Source of the DNA: Candidatus Eiseniibacteriota bacterium
Lineage (GTDB): Bacteria; Eisenbacteria; RBG-16-71-46
Assembly (NCBI GenBank): GCA_041483195.1
Contig: JBGPFC010000018.1
Coordinates: 15,140 to 79,139, forward strand
DNA: 64,000 bases
Reading direction: 5' to 3'
Within the stretch, counting starts at the first letter, position 1. Each line of letters begins with the position of its first letter. The translations under genes and the position numbers were made by a program. This document shows, piece after piece, positions 1 through 13,345 of the stretch. The notes below the pieces were generated by a model, which saw nothing but the letters and a program-made list of their open reading frames with translations, had not been told where the DNA came from and ran no database searches.

Positions 1-3042
<3,042 letters not shown>

Positions 3043-3056
3043 TCGCATGAGTCAGG

Positions 3057-3095
3057 GGCGGGGCCGGAGCACGATGCTCCGGCCCCGTCGTTTGT
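3057..3095 (+). terminator. Hairpin, probable intrinsic terminator
   Basis: CGGGGCCGGAGCA (3059-3071) / TGCTCCGGCCCCG (3075-3087) perfect 13-bp stem followed by a short T-rich stretch, just after the S8 stop. Confidence 0.6.
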
Positions 3096-3195
3096 GGCGG
3101 CCCGCGGGCCACACTTGCACCGGATGGACCTTGCGCGGCAATCTCCGGCACCTCATGCCAACCCCACCCCTCCCCTCACCCGCCGCCGTGCGCCC

Positions 3196-4797
3196 GTGAC
3201 CCAGCCCGTCCTCGAGCTGCGCGAGATCACCAAGGAGTACGACGGCAACCGCGTGCTGAAGGGCGTGTCGCTGGTGGTGCGCCCCGGCACCATCCACGCG
3301 GTGGTCGGCGAGAACGGCGCGGGCAAGTCCACGCTCATGAACGTGCTGTTCGGCATGCCGGTGATCCGCGAGACCGGCGGGTACGGCGGCCAGGTCGTGC
3401 TGGATGGACGCGAGGTGTCGTTCGCGGCGCCGATCGAGGCGATGGCGGCGGGGATCGGCATGGTGCACCAGGAGTTCATGCTGATCCCGGGCTTCACCGT
3501 GGCGGAGAACATCAAGCTCAACCGTGAGCCCACGATTCCAAATCTGCTTTCGCGCATCGCGGGCCCCGCGCTCGAGACGCTCGACGTGCCGGCGATGCGT
3601 CGCGACGCGCGCGCCGCGCTCGATCGCGTGGGGCTCGCCGTGGACGAGTGGCTGCCGATGGCGGGGCTGCCGGTCGGGCACATGCAGTTCGTCGAGATCG
3701 CGCGCGAGGTGGACAAGAAGAAGGTGCGGCTCCTGATCTTCGACGAGCCCACCGCGGTGCTCACCGAGAGCGAGGCGACGCAGCTGCTGAGCGTGATGCG
3801 CTCGCTCGCGGCGGAGGGCATGGGCCTGCTGTTCATCACGCATCGCCTCGACGAGGTGCTGGCGGTCGCCGACGAGATCACCGTGCTGCGCGACGGCGAG
3901 GTCGCGGCGCGACTCGAGCCCAGGCGCACGACGGTCGGCCAGATCGCGGAGCTGATGGTGGGCCGCCCCGCGGCGGTGGTGAAGCCGGGCGGCGCCGCGG
4001 CCCGCGCCGCCGGGCCTCCCGCGCTCGCGATCACCGATCTCGCGGTGGAGATGCCGGGCGAGCGCGTGCTCGGCGTGTCGCTCACCGTGGAGAAGGGCGA
4101 GGTGCTGGGCATCGCCGGCCTCGCCGGCCAGGGCAAGATCGGCATCGCGAACGGGCTGATGGGCCTCTACCCGGCGCGCGGCTCGGTGGCCAAGGACGGG
4201 AAGCCGCTCGCGCTCAATGATCCGCGCGCCGCGATCCGCGCGGGGCTGGCGTTCGTCTCGGAGGACCGCCGCGGCGTCGGCATTCTTCCAGACGAGAGCA
4301 TCGAGCTGAACATCGTGCTCACCGCGCTCGAGGCGCAGAACCGCTTCCTCCGCCCCGGACCGATCGGGCCGCTGCGCCTGCTCGATCGCGGCGCGGCGCG
4401 GCGGCACGCGCTCGAGATGATCCGCGCGCTCGACATCCGCTGCCGGGGCCCAAGGCAGCAGGTGCGGCGGCTCTCGGGCGGCAACCAGCAGAAGGTGTGC
4501 CTCGCGCGCGCGATGACGCTCGACCCCGACACGCTGCTGGTCTCGGAGCCGACGCGCGGCATCGACGTCGGCGCGAAGGAGCGGGTGCTCGAGATCCTGC
4601 GGGGCCTGAACCGCGAGCGCGGCATGACGCTGGTCGTGACCTCGTCGGAGCTCGCCGAGCTGCGCGCGATCTGCGACCGCATCGCGATCGTGTACCACGG
4701 CCGCATCGAGGCGGTGCTGCCTCCCGACGCGAGCGACGAATCGTTCGGCCTCGCGATGGCCGGCGAGCTGCACGGCGCGGAGGCGGCGCGTGGCTGA
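3196..4797 (+). CDS. Sugar-type (CUT2) ABC transporter ATP-binding protein, tandem NBD
   Basis: GENGAGKST, MVHQEF, FDEPT, LSGGNQQKV, SEPTRGIDVGAK. GTG start at 3196 chosen. Confidence 0.9.
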   Translation: MTQPVLELREITKEYDGNRVLKGVSLVVRPGTIHAVVGENGAGKSTLMNVLFGMPVIRETGGYGGQVVLDGREVSFAAPIEAMAAGIGMVHQEFMLIPGFTVAENIKLNREPTIPNLLSRIAGPALETLDVPAMRRDARAALDRVGLAVDEWLPMAGLPVGHMQFVEIAREVDKKKVRLLIFDEPTAVLTESEATQLLSVMRSLAAEGMGLLFITHRLDEVLAVADEITVLRDGEVAARLEPRRTTVGQIAELMVGRPAAVVKPGGAAARAAGPPALAITDLAVEMPGERVLGVSLTVEKGEVLGIAGLAGQGKIGIANGLMGLYPARGSVAKDGKPLALNDPRAAIRAGLAFVSEDRRGVGILPDESIELNIVLTALEAQNRFLRPGPIGPLRLLDRGAARRHALEMIRALDIRCRGPRQQVRRLSGGNQQKVCLARAMTLDPDTLLVSEPTRGIDVGAKERVLEILRGLNRERGMTLVVTSSELAELRAICDRIAIVYHGRIEAVLPPDASDESFGLAMAGELHGAEAARG

Positions 4798-5869
4798 AGC
4801 TCCCGCGCGCCCGGACGACGGCGGCGCCGGCGCAGCGGGCGCCGTGCGGGAGTACCTGCGCGAGATCGGCATCCCGCGGCTCCTGATCGGCGTGTTCCTG
4901 GTCGCGTTGTTCGGCGTCGCGTTCGCCACGAAGATGGACATCCCGGGGCTCGCCACCGACTGCATCTTGCGCATCGCGCGCAACGGAATCCTGGTGCTCG
5001 CGCTGTTGCCGGCGATCCAGGGCGGCGTCGGGCTCAACTTCGGCCTGCCGATCGGCATCATCTGCGGGCTGATCGGCTGCGTCATCACGCTCGATCTCTC
5101 GATCGGCGGATGGCTCGGGCTCGGGCTCTCGGCGCTGATCGGCGCGCTGCTCGCTGCGCCGGTCGGCATGGCCTACGGCTGGCTGCTCAACCGCACGCGC
5201 GGCCAGGAGATGATGGTCGGCACCTACCTCGGATTCGCCGTGGTGTCGGGCATGAGCATCTTCTGGACGATCGCGCCGTTTCACAACCCGCTGCTGGTGT
5301 GGGCGATCGCCGGCAAGGGGCTGCGCACCACGCTCACCATCACCGGCATCTGGGACAAGCTGCTCGACCAGCTCGGGCAGTTCACGCTCGCCGGCGTCAC
5401 GGTGCCCACCGGATCGCTCGCGCTGTTCGCGCTCGCCTGCGTGATGGTCGGGCTGTTCTTCCGCACGCGCGCCGGGCTCACCATCAGCGCCGCGCGCAGC
5501 AACCCGCGCTTCGCGCGCGCCGCCGGCATCTCGGACGAGCGCACCCGGGTGCAGGCCACCACCTTCTCGACCGTGCTCGCCGCGATCGGCATCGTGGTGT
5601 TCTGCCAGTCGTACGGCTTCGTCCAGCTCTACACCGCCCCGCTGCTGATGGCGTTCCCCGCCGTGGCCTGCCTGCTGATCGGCGGCGCCTCGGTGAGCCG
5701 CGCGACGCTCACTCACGTCGTGATCGGAACGGTGCTGTTCCAGTCCATCCTCACGGTGGCGCTCCCCGTCACCAGCCAGGTGATCGCAGGAGATTTCTCG
5801 GAGACCGCGCGGCTCATCATCCAGAACGGCATGATCCTCTACGCGCTCACCCGGCGCGGGGACCGCTGA
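4790..5869 (+). CDS. ABC transporter permease
   Basis: Multi-TM protein with GVGLNFGLPIG motif; overlaps the ATPase stop. Confidence 0.85.
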   Translation: MAEAPARPDDGGAGAAGAVREYLREIGIPRLLIGVFLVALFGVAFATKMDIPGLATDCILRIARNGILVLALLPAIQGGVGLNFGLPIGIICGLIGCVITLDLSIGGWLGLGLSALIGALLAAPVGMAYGWLLNRTRGQEMMVGTYLGFAVVSGMSIFWTIAPFHNPLLVWAIAGKGLRTTLTITGIWDKLLDQLGQFTLAGVTVPTGSLALFALACVMVGLFFRTRAGLTISAARSNPRFARAAGISDERTRVQATTFSTVLAAIGIVVFCQSYGFVQLYTAPLLMAFPAVACLLIGGASVSRATLTHVVIGTVLFQSILTVALPVTSQVIAGDFSETARLIIQNGMILYALTRRGDR

Positions 5870-5871
5870 TC

Positions 5872-7050
5872 GTGAACACGCAGACTCCTCAGCCCTCGGG
5901 GCCCGCGCCGCGGGCGGGCGCGCCCGGGCCGGCGCGTGGTCTGGGCACGCCGGGGCCCGCGCGCGGTCCGGTCGCGCCGCGCCGCACGCTGCGCGGCGCG
6001 CTCTCGCACGCTGCGGTGCCGATGCTGTTCGCGCTCATGTGCGTGCTCGGGATCATCGCGGCCCACATCGGTCCCGGGTTCCTGATCCGCGAGCTGCTCT
6101 CGCGTTTCGCGCGCAACGCGGTGCTCGTGACCTCGCTGCTCATCCCGATCCTCGCCGGGCTCGGCCTCAACTTCGGCATCGTGGTGGGCGCGATGGCCGG
6201 ACAGGTCGCCGCGATCCTCGTCACCTACTGGAAGATCGGCGGCATCGCGGGCTTCGCGCTCGCGTGCCTGATCGCGGCGCCGCTCGCCGTGCTGTTCGGG
6301 CTCGGCACCGGCGCGCTGTTCAACCGCTCGAAGGGCCGCGAGATGGTGACCGGCCTGATCGCCGGCTTCTTCGCGAACGGTCTCTACCAGCTGCTGTTCC
6401 TGTTCGGGGTCGGGAGCCTGATCCCGTGGCACGACAAGTCGATGCTGCTCCCGCAGGGCTTCGGGCTGCGGAACACCGTCGACCTGTTCGGCATCCAGTA
6501 CGCGCTCGACGACCTCATCAAGGTGAGCGTGCCGATCGACGGCTCGCCGGTGCGCGTGCCGGTCGTGACGTTCGGCTGCATCGCGCTGGTGTGCGGGTTC
6601 AACCTGTTCTTCCAGCGCACCCGGCTCGGCCAGGAGCTGCGTGCGATGGGACAGGACCCGCACGTCGCATCGACCGCCGGCATCCGCGTGGATCGCAACC
6701 GCGTGATCGCGACCGTGCTCTCCACCGTGTTCGCGGCGTGGGGTCAGCTGTTCTTCCTGCAGAACCTCGGCACGCTCAACACCTACAGCTCGCACGAGCA
6801 GGTCGGCATGTTCGCGATCGCGGCGCTGCTGGTCTCGGGCGCCACCGTCTCGCGCGCGACCGTGGGGCAGGCGCTGCTCGGCACGCTGCTGTTCCACACG
6901 CTGTTCGTGGTCTCGCCGCTCGCCGGCAAGGCGCTGCTGGGCGACGCCCAGATCGGCGAGTACTTCCGCGTGTTCGTCGCGTACGCGGTGATCACGGTCG
7001 CGCTGGTGCTCCACGCATGGCAGAAGGCGCGGAGGGATCGCGCGGGGTGA
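5872..7050 (+). CDS. ABC transporter permease
   Basis: Multi-TM, GLGLNFGIVVGAMAGQ, RTRLGQELRAMGQDPHVA; GTG 2 nt after previous stop. Confidence 0.85.
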   Translation: MNTQTPQPSGPAPRAGAPGPARGLGTPGPARGPVAPRRTLRGALSHAAVPMLFALMCVLGIIAAHIGPGFLIRELLSRFARNAVLVTSLLIPILAGLGLNFGIVVGAMAGQVAAILVTYWKIGGIAGFALACLIAAPLAVLFGLGTGALFNRSKGREMVTGLIAGFFANGLYQLLFLFGVGSLIPWHDKSMLLPQGFGLRNTVDLFGIQYALDDLIKVSVPIDGSPVRVPVVTFGCIALVCGFNLFFQRTRLGQELRAMGQDPHVASTAGIRVDRNRVIATVLSTVFAAWGQLFFLQNLGTLNTYSSHEQVGMFAIAALLVSGATVSRATVGQALLGTLLFHTLFVVSPLAGKALLGDAQIGEYFRVFVAYAVITVALVLHAWQKARRDRAG

Positions 7051-7063
7051 GCGGCACGCGCCG

Positions 7064-8938
7064 CTAGCGGGGGCCTGTCGCCCGAGGGCGCATCGCACGG
7101 ATTCGCTCGCGCAGCTCGTACGCGCCGCGATCGTCGGGACGGGTCGCGAGCAGGGTGTCGAGCTGGGCGATGGCCTCGGCGGCCATCCCCCGCGGCGCCC
7201 ACACCGTGGCCAGCACGAAGCGCGAGTCGAAGTTGTCGCGCCACAGCGCGAGCGCGGTCAGCGCCTCGTGCTCGGCGCTCAGCGAATCGCCGCCGCTCAG
7301 CATGCACACCGCGCGTTTGGCCGAGACCGTCGCGCGAAACACCAGCGCGCCTGGATCTCGCTGCAGCGAGTCCGCGCGGTCGAGCGCGGCGCCGGCCGCG
7401 GCCCAATCGGCGCGGCGCATCGCGTCCGTGGCGTCGAGCAGCGCGCGCATCGCGGGCGGGTCCACCAGCGCGACCTGCGGCACGTGATCGGGCTGGTACT
7501 CGACGATCGCGGCCAGGTCGAGCGCGGGCCGGCGGCTGTACTCCTCGAAGCGCACCCAGCTGAGCGTGCTGTCGCGATACCACACGCGCAACGCGCGGCC
7601 CCCCATGAACGCGTACTCGGTCATGCGCGGCAGGTAGTGCTGGCCGACGCGCGCGCCGGGCGGTAGCGTTGGGAATCGCGATTGGAGCGCGTGGCGCGTG
7701 CCCTCCACCAGACGCTGCACACGCGCGAGCTTCACGAAGTCGAGCAGCGCGCCGCTCTCCTGCGGCGCGACGGTGACGCGCGCCGGCGCGCCCGGGCTCA
7801 CGGCGAGCATGCCGAGCCGCGCGACCAGCAGCACCGCCGCGAGCGAGGGATGGGCCGCGGCCAGCAGCGCCGTCAGCGAGATGCCGAGGCCGATCGCGGC
7901 GAAGATCCCGCGATAGCCCGACCAGTCGGGCCAGGTCGCGGCGAGCGGAAGCAATCCGAGGATGAACCACGCCCCGCCCCACAGCGTCCATGGCAGCGCG
8001 CCGCGCAGCCGCGTGCGCGCGGTGGAACGCATGAAGAACATCACGATCGCGACGCCCACCAGGCCGAGCAACACACCCCTCGCGGCCGGCTCCAGCCCGG
8101 CGTCCCCGGACGGCAGGCTGAACACGGAGTGCCACGTGTTCACGCGCGCCCACCACAGACGCGCGGGCCACGAGGCCGCGGCGCCCGGCGCCGGTCCTGG
8201 CCACGCGAGATGAGCGTGCGCGTGGACGACCGCGTACGCCGCGCCCCACGCCGCGAGCAGCGCGCCGATCGCGAGCGTCCAGCGCAGCCGCGACGATCGC
8301 TCGCGAGGGCCCGGAACCCACGCGAGCAACAGCGCGGCGGGCGCGGCCAGCTCCTTGCAGAGCAGCGAGGCGAGCAGCGCGGCCAGCGTGCCGCCGAGCC
8401 GCGCGGCCGCCGCCTGCTGGATCGCGACCGCCGCGAAGAGCACGGCGCCCAGGTCCTGGAAGTTGCTGGGCCACGAGATCAGCATTCGCGCCGACTCCAT
8501 GAGCAACGGGAAGCTCGCGGCCATGGCGGCGACCGGGCCGGGGAGGCTTCCGCGCAGCGCGCGATGGAGGAACAGCGTCGTGAGCGCGAGCAGCAGCGCG
8601 TGGAGCGTCGCGATCAGCGCGGGATGCGCCGTCATGACCGGCGCGAGCGCCGCGAAGTAGATCTGGCGCGAGAGCGGCCGCCAGTAAAACGCCGAGCCGT
8701 ACCCGTCGAACAGCGAGAGCCCGGGCGCGAAGCGGACGCGATACAGGCAATCGAAGTCGTCCGCGACCGGCTCGCCGAGCGCCGCGCCCCGCGCGTGAAG
8801 CAGCAGTGGGAGCACGAGCAGCATCGCGGCCCAGGCCCAGCGATCGCGCCACCACGGGGGCGCGGCGGGCGCGCCGCCCGGGCGGACGGCGCTCCGTGCG
8901 CTGCGGGCCGCTTCGTCGAATTCGGGCCGTCGCGGCAT
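7064..8938 (-). CDS. GT-C-fold (TMTC-like) polytopic membrane protein with C-terminal TPR, paralog 1
   Basis: ADDFD after first TM, FYWRPL, LLCKE, many TM segments, helical TPR-like C-terminus; clearly similar to the proteins at 10217 and 17813. Confidence 0.65.
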   Translation of the reverse strand: MPRRPEFDEAARSARSAVRPGGAPAAPPWWRDRWAWAAMLLVLPLLLHARGAALGEPVADDFDCLYRVRFAPGLSLFDGYGSAFYWRPLSRQIYFAALAPVMTAHPALIATLHALLLALTTLFLHRALRGSLPGPVAAMAASFPLLMESARMLISWPSNFQDLGAVLFAAVAIQQAAAARLGGTLAALLASLLCKELAAPAALLLAWVPGPRERSSRLRWTLAIGALLAAWGAAYAVVHAHAHLAWPGPAPGAAASWPARLWWARVNTWHSVFSLPSGDAGLEPAARGVLLGLVGVAIVMFFMRSTARTRLRGALPWTLWGGAWFILGLLPLAATWPDWSGYRGIFAAIGLGISLTALLAAAHPSLAAVLLVARLGMLAVSPGAPARVTVAPQESGALLDFVKLARVQRLVEGTRHALQSRFPTLPPGARVGQHYLPRMTEYAFMGGRALRVWYRDSTLSWVRFEEYSRRPALDLAAIVEYQPDHVPQVALVDPPAMRALLDATDAMRRADWAAAGAALDRADSLQRDPGALVFRATVSAKRAVCMLSGGDSLSAEHEALTALALWRDNFDSRFVLATVWAPRGMAAEAIAQLDTLLATRPDDRGAYELRERIRAMRPRATGPR

Positions 8939-8948
8939 CGCGCGCACG

Positions 8949-10220
8949 CTAGGCACTCGCGCGCGGGGCGTCAATCGCGGCGAGCGGATCGCGCAGCGCG
9001 CGCAACGGCGAGAGCGCGAGCACGACCAGCGCGATGAACGTGACGCCCGCGCCCGCCAGCAGCACCGCACGCGGACCCGCGCGCTCGCCGAGCACTCCGC
9101 CCGCGAGCGACCCCGCCAGCTTCGCCGCGAGGCACGCGAAGGCGATGCTCGCGCTGACGCGGCCCAGCAGCCGGTCGGGCGTCACGCGCTGGGTGAGACT
9201 CAGGAGCTGAATCTCGAAGATGGTGTGCGCCCCGTCGCCGGCCAGCTGCTGGCCGAGCAGCAGCGCGAGCGCCGTCCACGTCGCGCCATAGGCGAGCGGC
9301 GGCAACAGCCTCCCGATCGCGACCAGCGCGAGGCATGCCAGCAGCGCGTTCCCGATTCCGAGCCTTCGCCCCGCTCGCGTCGCGAGCACGGCGCCGGCGA
9401 ACGAGCTCGCGCCCCCGACCGCGAACACCATGCCAAGCACCCCGGTCGCGAAGCCGAGCGTCCGCGCGAAGAACAGCATGAGCATCGCCGCGATCGCGCC
9501 GCTCGCGAGGTCGACCAGCAGCCGGCAGGCCGCGACCGAGCGCAGGAGCGGATCGCCCATCACCACCCGCAGGCCCTCGGCGATCTCGATGCGCATCGCG
9601 CCGCGGTCCGCGACCGGAGCGGGCGCCGGCTCCGGGGCGCGGATCGCGCCGACGCAGACCGCGGACACCACGAAGCTCACGGCGTCGATCAGCACGGTGA
9701 GCGGGCCGCCCAGCCACTGCACCAGCCAGCCCGCGATGCCGAACGCGCCCGTCTCCGCGACCGCGCTGCTCGCGGCGAGCCGGCTGTTGGCGGCCACCAC
9801 CCGGTCGCGCGAGACCAGCGTGGGCAGGTACGAGACGTACGCGACGTCGAACGTCATCGAGAGCGCGCCCACCATGAACCCGACCGCGTAGAGCTGCGGC
9901 ATGCGCAGCGCGCCGAGCAGCGCGGCCGCGGGAATGGTGGCGAGCAGCGCGGCGCGGCCGAGATCGGCGCCGATCATGATCGGGCGCCGGCGCAGCCGGT
10001 CCGCCCACGCGCCGGCGAAGAGTCCGACCAGCAGGCCGGGCGCGAGCTCGGCGGCGATCTGAAACCCCATCTCCATCGGCCGCGCGCGCAGGAACAGCAC
10101 CGCCGTGAACGGCAGCGCCGCGCGCGTGACCATCGAGCCGAACACCGAGACCGTCTGGCCGGCCCAGAGGCGGTTGAAATCGGGATCGCGCCCGAGGTTC
10201 GCGCGCGCGGCCGCGCTCAC
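8949..10220 (-). CDS. MFS transporter
   Basis: DFNRLWAGQTVSVFGS, GAWADRLRRRPIMIGADLGR (MFS motif A); GTG start overlaps upstream TGA. Confidence 0.88.
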   Translation of the reverse strand: MSAAARANLGRDPDFNRLWAGQTVSVFGSMVTRAALPFTAVLFLRARPMEMGFQIAAELAPGLLVGLFAGAWADRLRRRPIMIGADLGRAALLATIPAAALLGALRMPQLYAVGFMVGALSMTFDVAYVSYLPTLVSRDRVVAANSRLAASSAVAETGAFGIAGWLVQWLGGPLTVLIDAVSFVVSAVCVGAIRAPEPAPAPVADRGAMRIEIAEGLRVVMGDPLLRSVAACRLLVDLASGAIAAMLMLFFARTLGFATGVLGMVFAVGGASSFAGAVLATRAGRRLGIGNALLACLALVAIGRLLPPLAYGATWTALALLLGQQLAGDGAHTIFEIQLLSLTQRVTPDRLLGRVSASIAFACLAAKLAGSLAGGVLGERAGPRAVLLAGAGVTFIALVVLALSPLRALRDPLAAIDAPRASA

Positions 10221-12097
10221 GGATGCGGGGCGCGCGCCGCGCGCAACCGCGCGAGCATCTGCCGCGCCGCGGGATGGCCGGGATACTCCGAGATCACCGA
10301 CTCCATCGCGGCCTCCGCTCCATCGAGATCGCCGCGATCCGCGGCGCGCGCCGCGAGCACGAGGCGCGCCTCCGGCCCCACCGGCCACAGCTCGAGCGCG
10401 CGCAGCGCCTCGCGTTCCCCGCCCGCGTGATCGCCGAGCGCGAATATGCACCACGCGCGCACCCCGGCGAGCGCACCGAGGAACATCTTCGCCTCGCGGT
10501 TCGACTGGAGCGAATCGGCGCGATCCACCTCGCGCATCGCGGCGGCGAACTCGTTGCGCTCGAGACGCTCGAACCCGCGCAGCATGCCGCGCGTGGCCTC
10601 GACATCGACGACCGCGACCTGCGGCGGGGCCCCGGTCTGGTATTGCACGACCGTGACGAGCTCGAGATCGGGGCGCCTCGTGAACTCGTCGAAGCTCACC
10701 CAGCGCAGCGTGCTGTCCCGGTACCACACCTCGAGCGCCTTCGATCCGCCGAACGCGTACTGGCTCGCGAGCGGCATGTTCATCTGGCCCACCATCGCGC
10801 CCCGCGGCAGGCGCGGGAATCCGGCGCGCAGCGCGGCGCGCGTCTCGCTCATGAGCAGCTGCAACCGCGCGATCTTGGAGAAATCGGTGAAGGCACCGCG
10901 CTCATCCGGCATGCCGGTGATCTCGTGCGGCGCCGCGGGACTCGCCGCGAACGCCGCGAGCTTGACGACCATCACCAGCGCGAGCAGCGCCGGGTGCGCG
11001 GCGCTCAGCAGCCCCACGAGCGCGATCCCGAGACCGATGCTGCCGTACAGCGTGCGCGCCGGCGCCCACAGCGGGTAGATGGTGGCGAGCGTCCCGCAGG
11101 CCGCGCCGAACCACGCCAGCCCCCACAGCGTCCACGGCGCGCCGGCGCGCAGGCGCTGGCGGGCGCGCGCGCCGAGCCCCACCCCGGCGAGCGCGATCGC
11201 GATCAGTCCCGCGACCGCCGCGCCCACCGCGATGTCCCACCGTCCCGGGGCCAGCGCCAGGCTGAAGATCGCGCGCACGCTGTTCCACGCGGCCCACGCC
11301 AGCCGCGCGGGGATCGGCGTCGCGAGCAGCGCAGGGTCCCGCTCGAGCCCGTGCGGCAGCTCGAGCCCCGCGTGCCGGCGGATCGCGAGGTAGGCCACCG
11401 CCCAGAGCGCGACCAGCGCGAGGCTCGCCCCCGCCCAGCGCACGCGCGTCCGCCGGTCGGTCGGCGCGGCGCGCGGCACCCACGGCAGCATCAGCGCGGT
11501 GACCACGTTCACTTCCTTGCACAGCAGCGCCGCCAGCAGCGCCGCCAGCGAGGTCGGCAGGCGGCGCCGCGCCGCCTCGTGAAGCGCGATCGCCGAGAAG
11601 AAGAAAGATCCCAGGTCCACCGAGTGCGTCGGCCACGTGATGATGGTGCGCGTGGAATCGGCCAGCAGCGGAAACGCGGCGGCCGCAGCGGCCGCGTAGC
11701 CCGGCCACGTGCCTCGCAGCATCCGGTAGATCAGCAGCGATCCCACCCCGAGCGCGAGCACGTGGATCGCCGCGATCGCGCGGGGATGCGCGAGCATCAG
11801 CGGGCCGAACAGGAGGTAGTAGACCTGGTGCGAGAGCGGGCGCCAGAACGCGAGCGATCCGCCGCCATCGAGCAGCGTGTGCCGGTGCTCGAGCAGCGCG
11901 CGATGAAGGAAATCGAAGTCCTCCGCCGCCGGCTCGCCGAGCGGCGCGCCGAGGCTGTGGAGCACGAGCGGAATCAGCGCGGCGAGCGTGGCCCACGCCC
12001 ACGGATCGCGCCACGCCGGCGGCGCGGGCGATGGCGGCGGCAGCGCCGCGGGGCGCGCCGGGGCCTTCGATGGAGCCGCGCGGCGGCGGCGGCTCAG
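10217..12097 (-). CDS. GT-C-fold (TMTC-like) membrane protein with TPR, paralog 2 (probable CTG start)
   Basis: EDFDFL, FWRPL, LLCKE. Homology (WRDPWAW + TM1) extends upstream of the first GTG (11965); GAGGTG-N5-CTG at 12097. Confidence 0.65.
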   Translation of the reverse strand: MSRRRRAAPSKAPARPAALPPPSPAPPAWRDPWAWATLAALIPLVLHSLGAPLGEPAAEDFDFLHRALLEHRHTLLDGGGSLAFWRPLSHQVYYLLFGPLMLAHPRAIAAIHVLALGVGSLLIYRMLRGTWPGYAAAAAAAFPLLADSTRTIITWPTHSVDLGSFFFSAIALHEAARRRLPTSLAALLAALLCKEVNVVTALMLPWVPRAAPTDRRTRVRWAGASLALVALWAVAYLAIRRHAGLELPHGLERDPALLATPIPARLAWAAWNSVRAIFSLALAPGRWDIAVGAAVAGLIAIALAGVGLGARARQRLRAGAPWTLWGLAWFGAACGTLATIYPLWAPARTLYGSIGLGIALVGLLSAAHPALLALVMVVKLAAFAASPAAPHEITGMPDERGAFTDFSKIARLQLLMSETRAALRAGFPRLPRGAMVGQMNMPLASQYAFGGSKALEVWYRDSTLRWVSFDEFTRRPDLELVTVVQYQTGAPPQVAVVDVEATRGMLRGFERLERNEFAAAMREVDRADSLQSNREAKMFLGALAGVRAWCIFALGDHAGGEREALRALELWPVGPEARLVLAARAADRGDLDGAEAAMESVISEYPGHPAARQMLARLRAARAPHP

Positions 12098-12283
12098 GGC
12101 GTCACCTCGGCCCGGGCCGCGGCCACGGCGAGGTTGATCTGCGCGCCGGTATCAGAACGCATGCGATGGGCACCGGGTTGGGGTGGGAATGGCGACCCGA
12201 AACGCGCAGCTTATCATCGGCCTCCCGGGCTCGTTAACCCGGCTTGTCTCAAGCCCCCGGGCGCGCGTAAGATTTCGGGTCCG

Positions 12284-13303
12284 ATGACCTCGCAGAACCC
12301 ACCTTCGAGCGACTCCGCCGTGTTGATCGACACCCACGGCCGCGTGGTGCGTGACCTCCGCATCTCGGTCACCGACCGCTGCAACCTGCGCTGCGTGTAC
12401 TGCATGCCGGCCGAGGGCATGCCGTGGCTCCCGAAGCAGGACCTGCTCACCTACGAGGAGATCACGCGCTTCGCGCGCGTCTGCCTCGCGCTCGGCGTGC
12501 GCGGCATCCGCTTGACCGGAGGCGAGCCGACGGTGCGCGCCGACCTGCCGGTGCTGGTGCGGATGCTGAGCGATCTCGCGCCCGGCCTCGATCTCTCGGT
12601 GACCACCAACGGCCTCAAGCTGGTCGCGATGGCCGACGAGCTGCGCGCCGCGGGGTTGAAGCGCGTCAACGTGAGCCTCGACACGCTCGACCCCGAGCGC
12701 TTCCACCGGCTCGCGCGGCGCGACCGGTTCCACGAGGTGATCGCGGGGATCGAGGCGGCGCGGCGCGTGGGGTTCAGCCCGATCAAGGTGAACGCGGTGC
12801 TGATGCGCGGCTTCAACGACGACGAGGCGGTGTCGCTCGCGCGCTGGGCGCGCGATCATGATTACGAGCTGCGCTTCATCGAGTGGATGCCGCTCGACTT
12901 CTCGCACAACTGGTCGCGCGAGAAGCTGGTGCCGGCCGACGAGATCCTGGCCGCGATCGGCGAAGAATTCCCCCTCGAGCTCGCGCCCGGCGAGGACCCG
13001 AGCGCCCCCGCCACGCTCTACGACTACCGCGACGGGCGCGGGCGGGTGGGCGTGATCGCGTCGGTGACGCGTCCCTTCTGCGGGCACTGCGACCGGATCC
13101 GTCTCACCGCCGACGGCCAGATCCGCACCTGCCTGTTCGCGCTCGAGGAGTACGACTTCCGCAAGGTAATGCGGGGCGGCGGCAGCGACGAAGACGTCGC
13201 GGCGCTGCTGCGCTCGGCGGTGTGGCGGAAGAAGCCAGGGCACCTGATCAACAGCCCCTACTTCGTCCAGCCCGAACGCGGAATGAGCGCGATCGGGGGC
13301 TGA
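12284..13303 (+). CDS. moaA: GTP 3',8-cyclase (molybdenum cofactor biosynthesis)
   Basis: LRISVTDRCNLRCVYCMP radical SAM motif, LTGGEP, FCGHCDRIRLTADGQIRTCLF, C-terminal MSAIGG. Confidence 0.97.
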   Translation: MTSQNPPSSDSAVLIDTHGRVVRDLRISVTDRCNLRCVYCMPAEGMPWLPKQDLLTYEEITRFARVCLALGVRGIRLTGGEPTVRADLPVLVRMLSDLAPGLDLSVTTNGLKLVAMADELRAAGLKRVNVSLDTLDPERFHRLARRDRFHEVIAGIEAARRVGFSPIKVNAVLMRGFNDDEAVSLARWARDHDYELRFIEWMPLDFSHNWSREKLVPADEILAAIGEEFPLELAPGEDPSAPATLYDYRDGRGRVGVIASVTRPFCGHCDRIRLTADGQIRTCLFALEEYDFRKVMRGGGSDEDVAALLRSAVWRKKPGHLINSPYFVQPERGMSAIGG

Positions 13304-13309
13304 AGCGGG
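13281..13309 (+). repeat. Direct repeat copy 1 (3' end of moaA)
   Basis: GAATGAGCGCGATCGGGGGCTGAAGCGGG; 27/29 identical to 15671-15699. Confidence 0.9.
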
Positions 13310-13345
13310 AAGGCGGGCGGCCGCCGGAGCGCGGGAGAGGACGGC

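Noticed and set aside
10223..13303. 1026-aa ORF suggesting a giant MoaA fusion
   Set aside because: The N-terminal part is the antisense shadow of GT-C paralog 2; MoaA begins at ATG 12284.
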